Source: Centroscyllium fabricii
Lineage: Eukaryota
NCBI GenBank assembly: GCA_051313645.2
Contig: JBNRSN020000008.1
Span: 115,258,001 to 115,322,000 of the forward strand
Length of the DNA stretch: 64,000 nucleotides
Reading direction: 5' to 3'
Under the pieces are notes generated by a model. That model saw only the letters and a program-made list of their open reading frames with translations, made no database searches and was not told the origin of the DNA. Each line of letters opens with the position of its first letter. The first letter of the stretch is position 1. This document shows, piece by piece, positions 11,746 to 23,999 of the stretch. A program made the position numbers and the translations under genes.

Positions 11746-13068
11746 AGAGGCACAGGTAGTTCGCAGCATCCCTGGGATCACGTGTGCCATGGGGAGCCAA
11801 TCAAAGAAGGGTATCTCCCTTCATACACTTAACAGGAAGACCTGTCACATAGATGAATGGAGATCACCCCAAAAACATAGTAAAACTTAAAATACATTTT
11901 TTTTATCACATTTTTAAATTGACTTGAAATTACAATATAAAGTATTTTAAACAAAAATGTTATTTTTTGAAATAATAATTAAAGTTTTTTACAGGGCTAA
12001 AAATAAACTTACCTTTTTATAAAAGTATTTTTAAATGATAAATCAGCGAAATTTATTTTGGAACTTTTTTGAACTCTTAAAACTGGTAAAAGCAGGCCTT
12101 ACATTTTTACCAGGCGTAAGAATTGTAAGGGTTTTCTGCAGGCGGAGGGTCTCTAAAAAGCAGAACTATCCGCCCACAGAGGCCCTTCTCCAGGGCAGCC
12201 GGAGGATCTGTTAAGTCCATTCGTGACAGATCGGAAATGCCAGTTTTCAGCACATGTGCAGTGCATGCTGAAACCAGCATTTCTGATGTCCCTACGGGTG
12301 TGTACACAGCTCGTACCCACCCATAGGGATCGGAATATCTGGGCCGTGATCTTTACTGACTATCTTTAAGACTGGTGCCAGTGGTTGATTCATAGAAGCT
12401 TCACACCTTGTGATACCCTGTACTAGTGGACGGGTGGGCCTTGTAATGGCTTCCTCTTCCTTACCCCGCCCCCCCCACCCCCCCCCCCCCAACATCTGGC
12501 CCCCACTTGCATTCCTTTATAGGTTTTGTTACTAATATTTTAAATTAATTATTAATAAATTATTCCTCTTAATTTTATGTTAAATTAGTATGATCATATT
12601 GAAAACATGGCTGAAAGTTTTAATCAATATTTACTGAGTCCTTCTGTTGGATTAGAAAGCAGGAAGGCTCCGAGTTCATCTGCTAATGTGTGCTGACGTA
12701 GCTGTTAGCATGCTATTGATTAACTTAATACCCCTTGGGTGAGCTGTAGGATAAATTAAATCCGGGTTCCACTGCTGATATTATCCAGCGACCGCCCCCC
12801 CCCACCACTGGGAAAGTATACGTGTGAATGTCCGGCGAGGATGGGATTAAGCTCCGTACACTAATGCCTACGATAAATTATTGTTTTTTTCTGTGCCGTG
12901 TCTGTGAAGGATTTCAGTTCCGTTGTTGAGTAGAGCATCTTTAAATAGCTTAGCATAGTAGAACAGGGTGCTATTTAATACTGGGCCAAATAGATAAACC
13001 AATGGAAAATTGCTATGATTATTGGCTAACCCTTAGCATTAAAAGCCTAAAGTATTTTGTAATTTCAG

Positions 13069-13324
13069 GTTTGTGCACATCGATATGAACAAAGGCGATA
13101 TGTGAATACATCCGAGGAATCTCGCGACGTGACTGGACAGTGCTATATTTTGAGCCAGGACCTCGTTTTCCGGGACTATGAAACCGATAACAATGTGAAA
13201 CTTTGTTCTGGGAGACCTCAGGGTCATGAAAAATTTGGTATCTGTCAGCAAGGTGTAGCTAGCGCTTTTACCAAGGGCGATAATTATTCTGTGTACGGGG
13301 CTCCAGGAGCCTACAACTGGAAAG
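13069..13324 (+). CDS. ITGA6: Integrin alpha-6 exon 4 equivalent
   Basis: tttcag| VCAHRYEQRRYVNTSEESRDVTGQCYILSQDL...GHEKFGICQQG...YGAPGAYNWKG |gtaact. Confidence 0.96.
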
Positions 13325-14562
13325 GTAACTTGTAATTTAAAAAAAAACATTGTAATAATATTGTGAGTTTTCTTGTGGTACATAATAATATCCATAAAAT
13401 AAGCATAGCCAACCCAGCAGAATAATGAATCACCTCTTTTGAAAATGATGATGTATGTAAAGAATTAGCAGCTGTAGACTGTATTGCAAGAGTCATCTAA
13501 AGATAGCATGGGGCACTTGCCTCCACGGAGTGTGTTCAACTTGAATTGCTGGTAAGGTCTCGGCTTTTCACACCCGAAAGTGAACTTAAAGGAAAATTCT
13601 GGGCTCGAAGTACAGAACAAACCCCTCATCTCTGACGGATAATAATGCTTCTACATAATAATATTAATACCAGAATCCTCGTCAAATCTTTCATGTGTCA
13701 GGCAGTTCGATGAAACCACATGAGAGTTTAAGAGACCCTCATTTACAGGTAGTTTGGCCGACTGCATAGCTTCCATTTAAATGTGGGGTTGGGAGGAGCA
13801 CTCCTGTTCCTCCGGACTCCATATTCAGGTAAGTAAATGTGAAAAACTTACCTTGTAGGTCAAAGTCTGGTTTTACTGAGTGCAGCTGACGCTGGCCCAG
13901 GCAAACCAATCGTGAAGCGGGCATTAGGTGCATTGCATATGCAAATGAGGGACCTAACACCTGCTTCAGGCATGGGCCCTGGAAGCCGAATGTTTTCCTT
14001 TCCCAATATGGCGGGAGACGCACCTCCAGCCAGAAATGTACGCATGCATCCTGCCTACCAGTTTGGAGGCTTAACAAGCCTGTTAGTGTCCGATAAATTT
14101 ATAGGCCATATCTCAGACTGCCGTACGTTTTGGTAAGAGTTGTTGAGTACTAATATACAGGCGTAAAATGCCAAAACACATTGTCACAGCAGATGAAAAA
14201 TATAGACCCTGTCCATTTATCTAGCATCTAGAAGTAAAAATTCCAATGACGTAATTACAATCATGAAAAAGTTGGAATATGCAGTGAAATTACACTGAAA
14301 AATTCTCATTGGTGACAAATACAACCGTGTTTTTTCATCTTGGAATTTACAAAGCTATCTGAGATACACAAATCATTCACAGACATTTCAAAGCTTATTT
14401 AATCATGTGAGCAATATAAATTTTAAGTGTAGATAGAACAAGAACTCCAATTCTATCTCAATGTATGCTATACGCATCCTGGGACAAGCCCACCATGAGG
14501 TAACCTGCTCCCAGACCCTGCCAGAGCTGCTCATGCTGACACTTAACTGTTTGTTCCCTCAG

Positions 14563-14685
14563 GAATTATACACGTAGAGTCCAGAGATATTGACGAGATT
14601 AACCTTGATGATGGACCCTATGAAGTTGGTAATGAAAATATCAGGAATGAAAAATGGGTACCTGTTCCTGCTAACAGCTACTTAG
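14563..14685 (+). CDS. ITGA6: Integrin alpha-6 exon 5, X1-type ligand-specificity loop
   Basis: ccctcag| GIIHVESRDIDEINLDDGPYEVGNENIRNEKWVPVPANSYLG |gtaagc; DGPYEVG and VPVPANSYLG are X1 hallmarks; not in the ORF track. Confidence 0.95.
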
Positions 14686-15010
14686 GTAAGCATAATGACT
14701 TCAAAAGGGAAGAGGATAAATATTTGTAAAATAAATATTTTAGAGGTTATGGAGAAAGGGCAGGGAAATTGGACTAATTGATAGTTCATTCAGAGATCCA
14801 GCACAGTGGCACTGGGCTGAATACCCTCCTTCTGTGCTATAAGATTTTATTTATCTGCGGTTCACATTACAAGTGCTTCTTTAGTCTACCATTGGTCTTC
14901 CCCTTGGTGACCATGTAAGGTGTGTTTCTCATGCTTTACTTACTTTCTAACCTAATGTTAAGTCTATGTGCTTCCTGAGTGGGAGGAGCAATTGTGCTGG
15001 CAGGCTGCAG

Positions 15011-16925
15011 TTTTTTTTATCCATTGATGGGATGTGGGCGTCGCTGGCTGGCTAGGCCTGCATTTAGTGCCCATCCCTAATTGCCCTTGAGAAGATGGTG
15101 GTGAGCCGCCTTCTTGAACCGCTGCAGTCCATATGGTGTAGGTACACCCACAATGTTGTTAGGAAGGGAGTTCCAGGATTTTGGCCCAGCCTTTGCAGTA
15201 TCCAGTGTATTCAGCCATTTCTTGACATCACGTGGAGTGAATTGAATGGGCTGAAGACTGGAATCTGTGATGCTGGGGACCTCCGGAGGAGGCCGAGATG
15301 GATCATCCACTCAGTATTTCTGGCTGAAGATAGTTGCAAATGCTTCAGCCTTGTCTTTTGCACTCACGTGCTGGGCTCACCATCATTGAGGATGGGGATA
15401 TTTTTGGAGCCGCCTCCTCCTGTTAACTGTTTAATTGTCCACCACCACTCCCGACTGGATGTGGCAGGACTGCAGAGCTTTTATTTGGTCGGATGGTTGT
15501 GAGATCGCTTAGCTCTGACTATCGCATGTTGCTTCTGTTGTTTGGCATGCAAGTAGTCCTGTGTTGTAGCCTCACCAGGTTGACACCACATTTTTCGGTA
15601 TGCCTGGTGCTGTTCCCGGCATGCTCTCCTGCATGCTTCGTTAAACCAGAGTTGATCTCCCGGCTTGATGGTAATGGTAGAGTGAGGGATATGCCGGGCC
15701 ATGAGGTTACAGATTGTGGTTGAATACAATTCTGCTGCTGCTGCTGCTGCTGATGGCCCACAGCGCCTCATGGATGCCCAGTTTTGAGTTGCCACATCTG
15801 TTCGAAATCTGTCCCATTTAGCACGGTGGTAGTGCCACACAACACGGTGGAGGGTATCCTCAACATGAAGACGGGACTTCGACTCCACAAGGACTGTGCG
15901 GTGGTCACTTCCACCAATGCTGTCATGGACAGATGCATCTGCAACAGGTAGATTGGTGAGGACGAGATCAAGTAGGTTTTTCACTCTTGTTGGTTCCCTC
16001 ACCACCTGTCGCAGACCCAGTCTGGCAGCTATGTCCATTGTGGTGCTATCGAGCCACTCTTGGTGATGGACATTGAAGTCCCCCACCCAGAGGACATTTT
16101 GCGTCCTTGCTACTCTCAGTGCTTCTTCCAATTGATGTTCAACATGGAGGAGTACTGATTCATCAGCTGAGAGGGCGGTAGGTGGTAATTAGCAGGAGGT
16201 TTCCTTGCCCATGTTTGACTTGATGCCATGAGACCTCATGGGGTTCTGAGTCAATGTTGAGGACTCCCAGGGCTACTCCCTCCCGACTGTATACCACGGT
16301 GCCACCACCTCTGGTGGGTCTGTCCTGCCGGTGGGACAGGACATACCCAGGGATGATGATGGTGGTGTCTGGGACATTGGTTGTAAGGTATGATTCTGTG
16401 AGTATGACTATGTCAGGCTGTTGCTTGACTAGTCTGTGGGACAGCTCTCCCAACTTTGGCACAAGCCCCCAGATGTTTGTGAGGAGGACTTTGCAGGGTC
16501 GACAGGGCCGGGGTTGACGTTATCGTTTCCGGTGCCGAGTTCGATGCCGGGTGGTCCATCCGGTTTTATTCTTATTGTTTTTCGTAGCAGTTGTAAACAA
16601 CTGAGGGGCTTGCTGGGCCATTTCAGAGGGCATTAAGAGTCAACCACATTGCTGTGGGTCTGGTGTCACATGTAGGCCAGACCAGGTAAGGACGGCAGAT
16701 TTCCTTCCCTAAAGGACATTAGTGAACCAGATAGGTTTTTGCAACAATCGACAATGGTATCATGGTCGCCATTACTAAGACTAACATTTAATTCCAGAAT
16801 TAAATTGAATTGAATTTAAATTCCACCAGCTGCTGTGGTGGGATTTGAACCCATATCCTCAGAGCATTTGACTGAGCCTCTGGCTTACTAGTCTAGTGAC
16901 ATAACCACTACGTCACCGCCTCCCC
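15011..16925 (-). mobile_element. CR1-group LINE derivative with tRNA-like head, APE endonuclease, RT deleted
   Basis: head with A/B boxes 16830-16925; ORFs 16163-16462 and 15481-16131 with APE motifs (ILTES, RGGG, GDFN, LDLVLT, SDH); joins directly to the 3' tail near 15185. Confidence 0.85.
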
Positions 16926-18713
16926 TTTAGTTAGTAAGTGTGGGCCTGAGGTGATGGAGATGAGCATATATGTCTGGGTGTGCATGTATCTCTGGGTAAA
17001 GGATCATGAGATGGTACAGATACAGCTTGAGCCATGTTTGGCAAGTAGTGGCTGTTACGGACTACCCTCTGTCTGACATTTTCTCAATACTTTGAAGGGG
17101 AGGACTGGGTTGGGTAGATGTATGGTCACTCTAGAGAATAAGCTGCCTCTTCTCCTCCCATGCCTCCGACTGCTAGGCATTTCTTCCTGATGACCAGTGA
17201 TACTTATGAGAGCAGAGAGCAACGTGGAGGTTGGGAACTTCCCCACAAGAAGAAAAATTTAAATGAAAGGACCAATAATTCCATGAAATTGTAATTTTAA
17301 TCGAGTTCTGTCCCTTGTAAGGAACTACTTCCTTCCTTCAAGCAGTTTGCAGTTTATCGGGGCCTACCTTGGGTGAGGCTCTTTTTACTATCATTTTGAA
17401 AACATATGGGAAGAAAAATCTGCTTGAAAGTTGGTTATCAGAAGTGAAAGACTGGTGGCTTTCCTGTTTTTTTTGTGACTGTGAGGTCCTTCATTTTGAG
17501 TAAACCATGCTGCATTATAAATACAGAAGGATTAGCCTATGGGATTTGGTTAATGTGAGCAATTCTTGACACAAACAGAGCATTTAAATAAAATAACTGA
17601 ACAGGGCTTTAGTCTTGTGTACCTGGGCTCTGAAATTCCTGGGCGCCTGCTCAAAGGCAATGGTATGGAACCCTGTTTACCATAGCCTGAAAATGAAGAC
17701 CCCAGCCCAAATCCTGGGGGGGCGGGGGCGTCATCTGTATAACCGGGGCAGGTACTTCACCAGTGCCCATCCCGATACGCATACCAGAAGACCGACAGGC
17801 TCACTGCTGTTCTGCCTGAGGTGCCTCCATGCGTGCCTGGGCCAAATAAAAATAAACTTGGCCAGAAAAAGGCTTTGTTCCCAGTGGAGCCTTTGTCCTT
17901 ACAGTCTAAGATAATTAATCCCCTCTGGATTTGATTACCTTACTCAAGCAAAGAGTTAGGGCCTTTCTAAGGGCCTCAGTGGGACTTATGCCAGCTCTCA
18001 GCTGGCATGAATTCCACCGTGGCTTACCAAATATGTAATGAGCTGAATTTTCCCAGGTAAAGTTGGAATCTGCCCCAGTCATGCCCACTTGACATCGGGG
18101 GCAGATGGCAAATACACCTTGGAGAGCCCCACCCCAACCACAAACTGGAATTGAAAGGAGCACTGAAATGGGGTCACAACCAGGTTCTGATTCAGATTCC
18201 TGCCCCCGAGGATCCTCTGGCCTGGGGAAATTTGGAAACCTTGTGTTTAATTGCTGTGCTTTTGATTATAGTTGTAAAACTTATGTCAAACATTTTTTTT
18301 GTAGCTAATTGACTTCCCTACTCTTTGAAAGCATGATTCCTTGCTGTGATGCAGTTCAACGGATGCAGGTCATCTCCAGTCTGTGCCTAATTGCCCATTA
18401 TTCACGTGATGGTCTTGGCAGGACTTTTGACTGTGGCGAATTGTAGCCAAGCCCAATCCTGACCTCACCTGATGCCCACCCATGCAGTCCAGCAGTAGTC
18501 CTGGTGGTTTATCCCCCCTAAATCCAGGAACTCTTGATGTCTGCTCAACTCACAGCAGGACTCAAACACTAAGCCTGGAAACACCTTTGTATTGATTAAA
18601 TAATCAGAGATATAAGTCAGATCTTTCCTCTCTATAGTGCCTTTATTTATCAGTTTGCCCATGGGTGTTTTGTTGATTAGGGTATGCAGACTGATCGTAT
18701 TGTTCTGTGCTAG

Positions 18714-18924
18714 GCTTCTCTCTGGACTCGGGCAAGGGTATCACATCTCAGAACACATTGACCTTTGTATCGGGTGCACCAAGAGCCAACCATACTGGAG
18801 CTGTTGTTTTTTTAAAGAAGCAGGATCATACGAGAAACCTAATGACTGAATATGTCCTGAATGGAGAAGGACTGGCATCGTCCTTTGGATATGACATTGC
18901 TGTGGTGGATCTTAACCAAGATAG
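18714..18924 (+). CDS. ITGA6: Integrin alpha-6 exon 6 equivalent (FG-GAP repeats)
   Basis: gtgctag| FSLDSGKG...FVSGAPRANHTGAV...GEGLASSFGYDIAVVDLNQD |gtgagg. Confidence 0.96.
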
Positions 18925-20007
18925 GTGAGGCATGTACTAGTTTGGGAAGCAAAGAGTACGAGCAGTACCTTCTCATTCTGCGGTCTGAATACTTCCAATC
19001 TTTTAAAGGTTACTTCTGCACTTGATTGAATTTCCCAGCTTGTTAACGTCCTTGCCCTTTCAGCCTTAATATTAGCTTTCTGATAGATCAAACATGATTT
19101 TATACTCTTACATTAACAGACAATCTGGGCTGGATTTCCTTCCAGGGAAGTTTTGCTGGCAGAGGTGGGTTGGTGTGGGACTTCTGCCGACGGCTCAATC
19201 ACACGATGAATCCAACCCATTTCCCTGGGTCCAGTCTAATTAAAGAGTAGGACAGACGTCTGACAGTACAAGCTTTCAGCAAGGGTTGGGAGCAAGTGAG
19301 ATTGAATGTACACTAAATGCTTTCGGTGCTTAGCAAAGTGGTTTCAAACCGGCCTGCCAGCCACGATGAACATTGCATTTCAGAAACAGCTAAATAGGGA
19401 ATGGCTACTGAACATGCCACACTCATAAAGACTTTGCTATAAAAATAATTGCTTTGGTGTGGGCACTGTAGCTGTATTGGGAGAATGAGGGACCGATGAA
19501 TTTTGGTGGGGACAGAGGAACCTTTACACATGGGCCCAATGTGGGAGAGTCAGGGAGGGTTCCGAATCGAGCAGCAGTCAGGTCTTTCTGTCAACAAGCA
19601 TTGGAGTTTCATGAGACTTTAAGCTGGCTTCAAAATTCATGCTGCATTGAAGAAAGCAAGTGTGAGGAATAAAAAAAAATTAAGAATAAAAGTGTGTAAC
19701 TTGCAATTAGTTTATTGTAAAGAATCAATAAATACAATTCACACACTTGCCTTTATCTTCAATTTGAGAAACCATGCTAAACAGGGTTCCACACTGCCAC
19801 CCGGTGCCTTTAATATGGAATTGCATATTGAACACATGCTGATTTTAAACGGAAAATACATTCCAGTGCTGGATTTGGAGCTAATGTTACCACGACAGGC
19901 CTTTTAACATGATAAATACTAATCTCAGCACCACCTAAAGACACATCGAGTACTATAGATAAATGTTGATACTTTAGAATGGATTTTGCCATAGACAGAA
20001 AGAAAGA

Positions 20008-20110
20008 ACTAACATTTATATAGTGCCGTTCAAACGTCAGGGCATACCAAAGTGCTTTACAGCCAATGAAGTACTTTTTGATGTGTATTCACTGTTGTAA
20101 TGTAGGAAAC
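20008..20110 (-). mobile_element. DeuSINE (SacSINE1-like) 3' fragment
   Basis: catttatatagtgcc...aaagtgctttacagccaatgaagtactttt. Confidence 0.7.
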
Positions 20111-20339
20111 GAGACCGGTTCAGACAGGTGTTTTTGATGCATTTTGAGATGGAATTTTGTGACTCAATCATCATTTATAATATTACTGGTTGATGTATTG
20201 AACATAGGTAGTCAAGTTAGAGGGTGGAGGATATTGGAACCAACGTAGTGGAGTGGGGGAAGGGGAGGAGGCAAATAGGAGGGGACGATGAAGGAGAATG
20301 GGAAGAGGAAGGAAAAGAAAGTGGGGGGAAAGGAGAGAA

Positions 20340-21505
20340 AGAAAGATTTGCATTTTACATAGCGTCTTTCACCACCACCGGACGTCTCAAAGCGCTTTAC
20401 AGTACTTTTCTGAAGTGGAGTCACTGTTGTAATTTGGGAAATGCGGCAGCCAATTTGTGCACAGCAAACTCCCACAAACAGCAATGTGATAATGACCAGA
20501 AACAGCACCTCATCTTTCGATTAGGCACTCCATAGTCCTCTGGACTCAACATAGAGTTCAACAGTTTCAGATCATAACCTCCGCCCCTAGCGTGTGTGTT
20601 TCTATATTCCTTTTTAATCCACACTTTCGTCTAGGCTTTTCTCTTCCCTTCCACATGGCAACTGTTCTTCATTCTGCCCGGGCCATTCACACTTCATCTA
20701 GAGTCATAGAAACATAGAAAATAGGTGCAGGAGAAGACCATTCGGTCCGTCGAGCCTGCACTGCCATTCAATTCGCTCATGGCTGAACACAAGAACAGAA
20801 GACACAAGAACACAAGAACACAAGAACCCCATAAATAGGAGCAGGAGTAGGCCAATCGGCCCCCCGAGCCCGCCCCCTCACCCATCAAGATCATTGCTGA
20901 TCCTACCCTAACCTTCGTACCACTATCGCCCTTCTCCCACCCAAAGAACCGTGTGATCTCCTGGGAGAGGCGAAAAACCGGATAAAAACCCAGGTCCAAT
21001 TTGGGAAAAAAATCCGGGAAATTCCTCTCCGATCCCAATCCAGGCGATCGAAACTTGTCCAGGAGATCACTCAGGAGTCATCCTTTGTTCCTTGAATATC
21101 TCTTAATGTCTCTTAATCGCTCCTGCTTTCTATCCTATCACTGACCTTCCTGGTGTTCTTTCACCCAATCCCCCTTTACCCAGCCCCTCCCCCCCTGCTT
21201 TAAAATCTATTCCTTTTCCTGATTTTTTCCAGTTCTGACGAAGGGTCTTCAACCTGAAACGCTAACTCCGTTTCTTGCTCCGCGGATGCTGCCCTGGCCT
21301 GCTGAGTTTTTCCAGCCTTTTCTGTTGTTGTTACTGTTTTTGTTATGTTGGTTGAGGGATAAATATTAGGCAGAACATTGGGGATAACTCCCCTACTCTT
21401 CTTCGAAATAGCGCCATAGGATCTTTTACGTCCACCTGAAAGAGCAGACAGGGCCATCTCCTCCAAAAGACGGCACCTCCAACAGTGCAGCACTCCCTCA
21501 GGGGA
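20340..21505 (-). mobile_element. DeuSINE (SacSINE1-like) split by a Penelope tail (pieces 20340-20500 and 21336-21505)
   Basis: Deu-domain gggaaatgcggcagccaatttgtgcacagcaaactcccacaaacagcaatgtgataatgaccaga continues as gttatgttggttgagggataaatatt. Confidence 0.8.
20500..21335 (+). mobile_element. Penelope 3' fragment, itself interrupted by a CR1 tail (20705-21075, minus)
   Basis: colinear with 9155-9630 on both sides of the insert. Confidence 0.82.
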
Positions 21506-21560
21506 CATGGGAGAGGAACGGGGAGTGGAGGGAAGTGCAGAGGAAGGGGAATTCAGCAGT

Positions 21561-21866
21561 TAGAATCATAGAATCCCTACAGTGCAGATAGAGGCCATTT
21601 CGGCCCATCGAGCCTGCACCGACACATATCCCACCCTATCCCCGTAACCCCACATATTCAATCGCCCTAACACTAAGGGTCAATTTATCCTGGCCAATCA
21701 ACCTAACCCACACATCTTTGGACTGTGGGAGGAAACCGGAGGAAACCCACGCATACACGGGGAGAATGTGCAAAGTCCACACAGATAGTCACCCGAGGCT
21801 GGATTTGAACCCGGGCCCCTAGCGCTGTGAGGCAACAGTGCTAACCACTATGCCACCGTGCCGCAC
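21561..21866 (-). mobile_element. HE1/V-SINE
   Basis: tRNA head gcggcacggtggcatagtggttagcactg, V-domain, (ctatgatt) tail. Confidence 0.88.
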
Positions 21867-21954
21867 GATTGAGGCATGCAACAGTCAGCCATCACAAATA
21901 AACAAGTGGTTAAACTAACAGATAGAATTGAGAAGTTAGTTCTTTTTTCTTTAG

Positions 21955-22445
21955 ATCTGAGAAGGTTAAGGGGAGTCATGATTGAGGCCTTCAGATTATG
22001 AAGGGTTATGATCAGGTAAATAGATTGTTTCCACTAGTTGGCAAAATGATAAGAAGAGGGGTATTAATTTAAGATGATCACTAAATTAAAGGGGAGGTTA
22101 GAAAACGTTTACACAGAAGGAGATTAGAATATAGAATTCTGTGCTGCAAACTGTTGTTGAAGCAGAGTCCCTGGGTTAAACTTTAGTCTTTACCTCTTGG
22201 GCAGTAATCTGGTGGAGTGGATCACCTGTCTATTGTAGAATCTGCCAAACCACCAGTAAGGTGGGGAGGATGAAAATGTTATGTCATAAATTCTTTTAAA
22301 AGGGAATTGGATAGTCGCTTGAAAAAGAGGAAAATGGGAAGACATGGGGAACAAGCTGGAGATTGGCATTCGATTAGGTTACTCATGGGAAGAGAAACAC
22401 CTAATGGACCAAATGGGTTTCTATGCCATAACATTTTATGATTCT
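21955..22445 (+). mobile_element. Old CR1 3' fragment containing a small MITE remnant (about 22170-22280)
   Basis: RRLRGVMIEAF.IMKG-like coding remnant and CR1 tail. Confidence 0.6.
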
Positions 22446-22807
22446 GTTAATAGTATCTGTGTCACAAGTTGAGCTGTATCTTAATTGACTTAAAGATAAC
22501 TCGGGAATGGAAATTTAAAATCGGGTATTTTAAATCTAGGTGTCAGCATAAATTCTGAATATACATCCCTCCATCTGCAGATAGAGGGATCATGCAGGTG
22601 CCTCCAATGTGTTTTATTTAAGGCACATTCCATGATAGCAACCAACTGCAACAATGGCAGAGGCTGGAATGTGTTAACAGGAAGTCTGTGTAGCTGAAAG
22701 AGTTAAATTCAGTGTGCAGCATTATTGAGGTGGATGGTGTGCTAGAGAAATTGTCAAAAAATGTCTACATTTTGTTTCTGCATTTTTAAATGAGAATCTT
22801 TTTCTAG

Positions 22808-23001
22808 ATGGTTGGATCTTGTGGTTGGAGCCCCACAGTTTTTTGACAGAGAAGCAGAAATTGGTGGTGCTGCCTATGTTTACATTAATCAGGGAGGGAA
22901 CTGGGATAAAGCGAAGCTCATTCGTTTAAATGGTACCAAGGACTCCATGTTTGGACTGGCTGTTGAGAATATAGGTGACATTAACCAGGATGGGTATCCA
23001 G
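22808..23001 (+). CDS. ITGA6: Integrin alpha-6 exon 7 equivalent
   Basis: tttctag| WLDLVVGAPQFFDREAEIGGAAYVYINQ...MFGLAVENIGDINQDGYP |gtaaga. Confidence 0.96.
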
Positions 23002-23820
23002 GTAAGATTGTAACTGTTGTACATGCTGAAGAAATAGTTTGTATTTAAGTAAGTTGGTTAGGATTTTTGTGCTTTCTGTGGATGTAAACAAATGAAGGTA
23101 GACTGAAAGCACATAAAAAACTTAGTTTTATGTCCACAAATGTTACTTCCTATAACACTTTTTATGTCAACATTTCTAATAGAAATTTCCTATATAAATA
23201 TTTATAATGGGATACTTGTACGTAAGCATTTCTGTAAACATCTTATAATGGGAAAACTGAATGCCGCGTTTTTTGGGGATAAAAGAATCTGCCATTTATT
23301 TCCTCAGTAACCAGAATTCCGAAGTCCAAAATAAGATTTAAAATGAAATACAAATTACTTATTTCAAAATAATATGATCATATAAATTTGTTTTTGTGCC
23401 TTTTAATACCTTCATTAAAGTGTTTACTTGAAGGCCTCAGCCTCTCCTAAAGGCCTGGGCTTTGACTTGATAGTTTTGCCCAGAAAGCAGATCCTGCAGT
23501 ATGCACAATTTCTCTGGTTACATCAGTAGCATTTAAGCCAAATGATAAAATATTTATCTTTCATTCTCCAATAAAATTCAGTTGTTTTTTTCAGCATTAT
23601 TTGAAGAAAAGCTAGAGGACAAATTTCAAAAAGCATTATTCAGATAAACATTACACAGAGTATTTTTTAAATAGAGAGAAGGTTGCATGTGTTGGTGGGA
23701 GACAGAGGAAAAAAATGAAACTTTACTGATTACACATTTGTAGCTTTAAGTTATGTTCAAATTCTGAATACTCTATTCTAAATTCTTTATAAACTTCAGA
23801 GGTTGAGAGAGACAGATACG

Positions 23821-23999
23821 TAGATTTTGGTCTTCACTGCCTGGGTGGTAATCTGGCCAAGTGGATCGCATGCCCTTTAGAGAACATGTCTGATTTTACA
23901 TTCCATTAATTTCAATGGAATGATAATCAGGTGGGTTCTGTAAAGGGCATACAATCCATACCGTCAGGTTACTGCCCATTTGATGAAGATCAAAATCTA
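23821..23999. mobile_element. Palindromic MITE (about 180-bp hairpin)
   Basis: TAGATTTTGGTCTTCA / TGAAGATCAAAATCTA ends (15/16), centre cattccatt-aatttc-aatggaatg; related remnants near 22170 and 54775. Confidence 0.75.

Larger units (their letters stand above)
10512..12345. mobile_element. Non-autonomous DNA transposon (Harbinger-type) hosting nested inserts
   Basis: imperfect TIRs GGCCTGTATTTTC / GGAATATCTGGGCC flanked by GTG on both sides. Confidence 0.55.

Noticed and set aside
13749-13850. Possible X2-like exon (PVPPDSIF then gtaagt)
   Set aside because: Wrong phase for that reading, the phase-1 frame from the nearest AG has a stop, and aggtaagt/acttacct is a palindrome within a probable MITE.
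16830-16925. tRNA gene
   Set aside because: A/B boxes are present but it is fused to a retroelement body with no proper cloverleaf or terminator; the same applies to the SINE heads.
17322-17372. 51-nt phase 1-1 segment with ag/gtgagg borders
   Set aside because: Translation (TTSFLQAVCSLSGPTL) has no X1/X2 similarity; likely chance splice-like sites.
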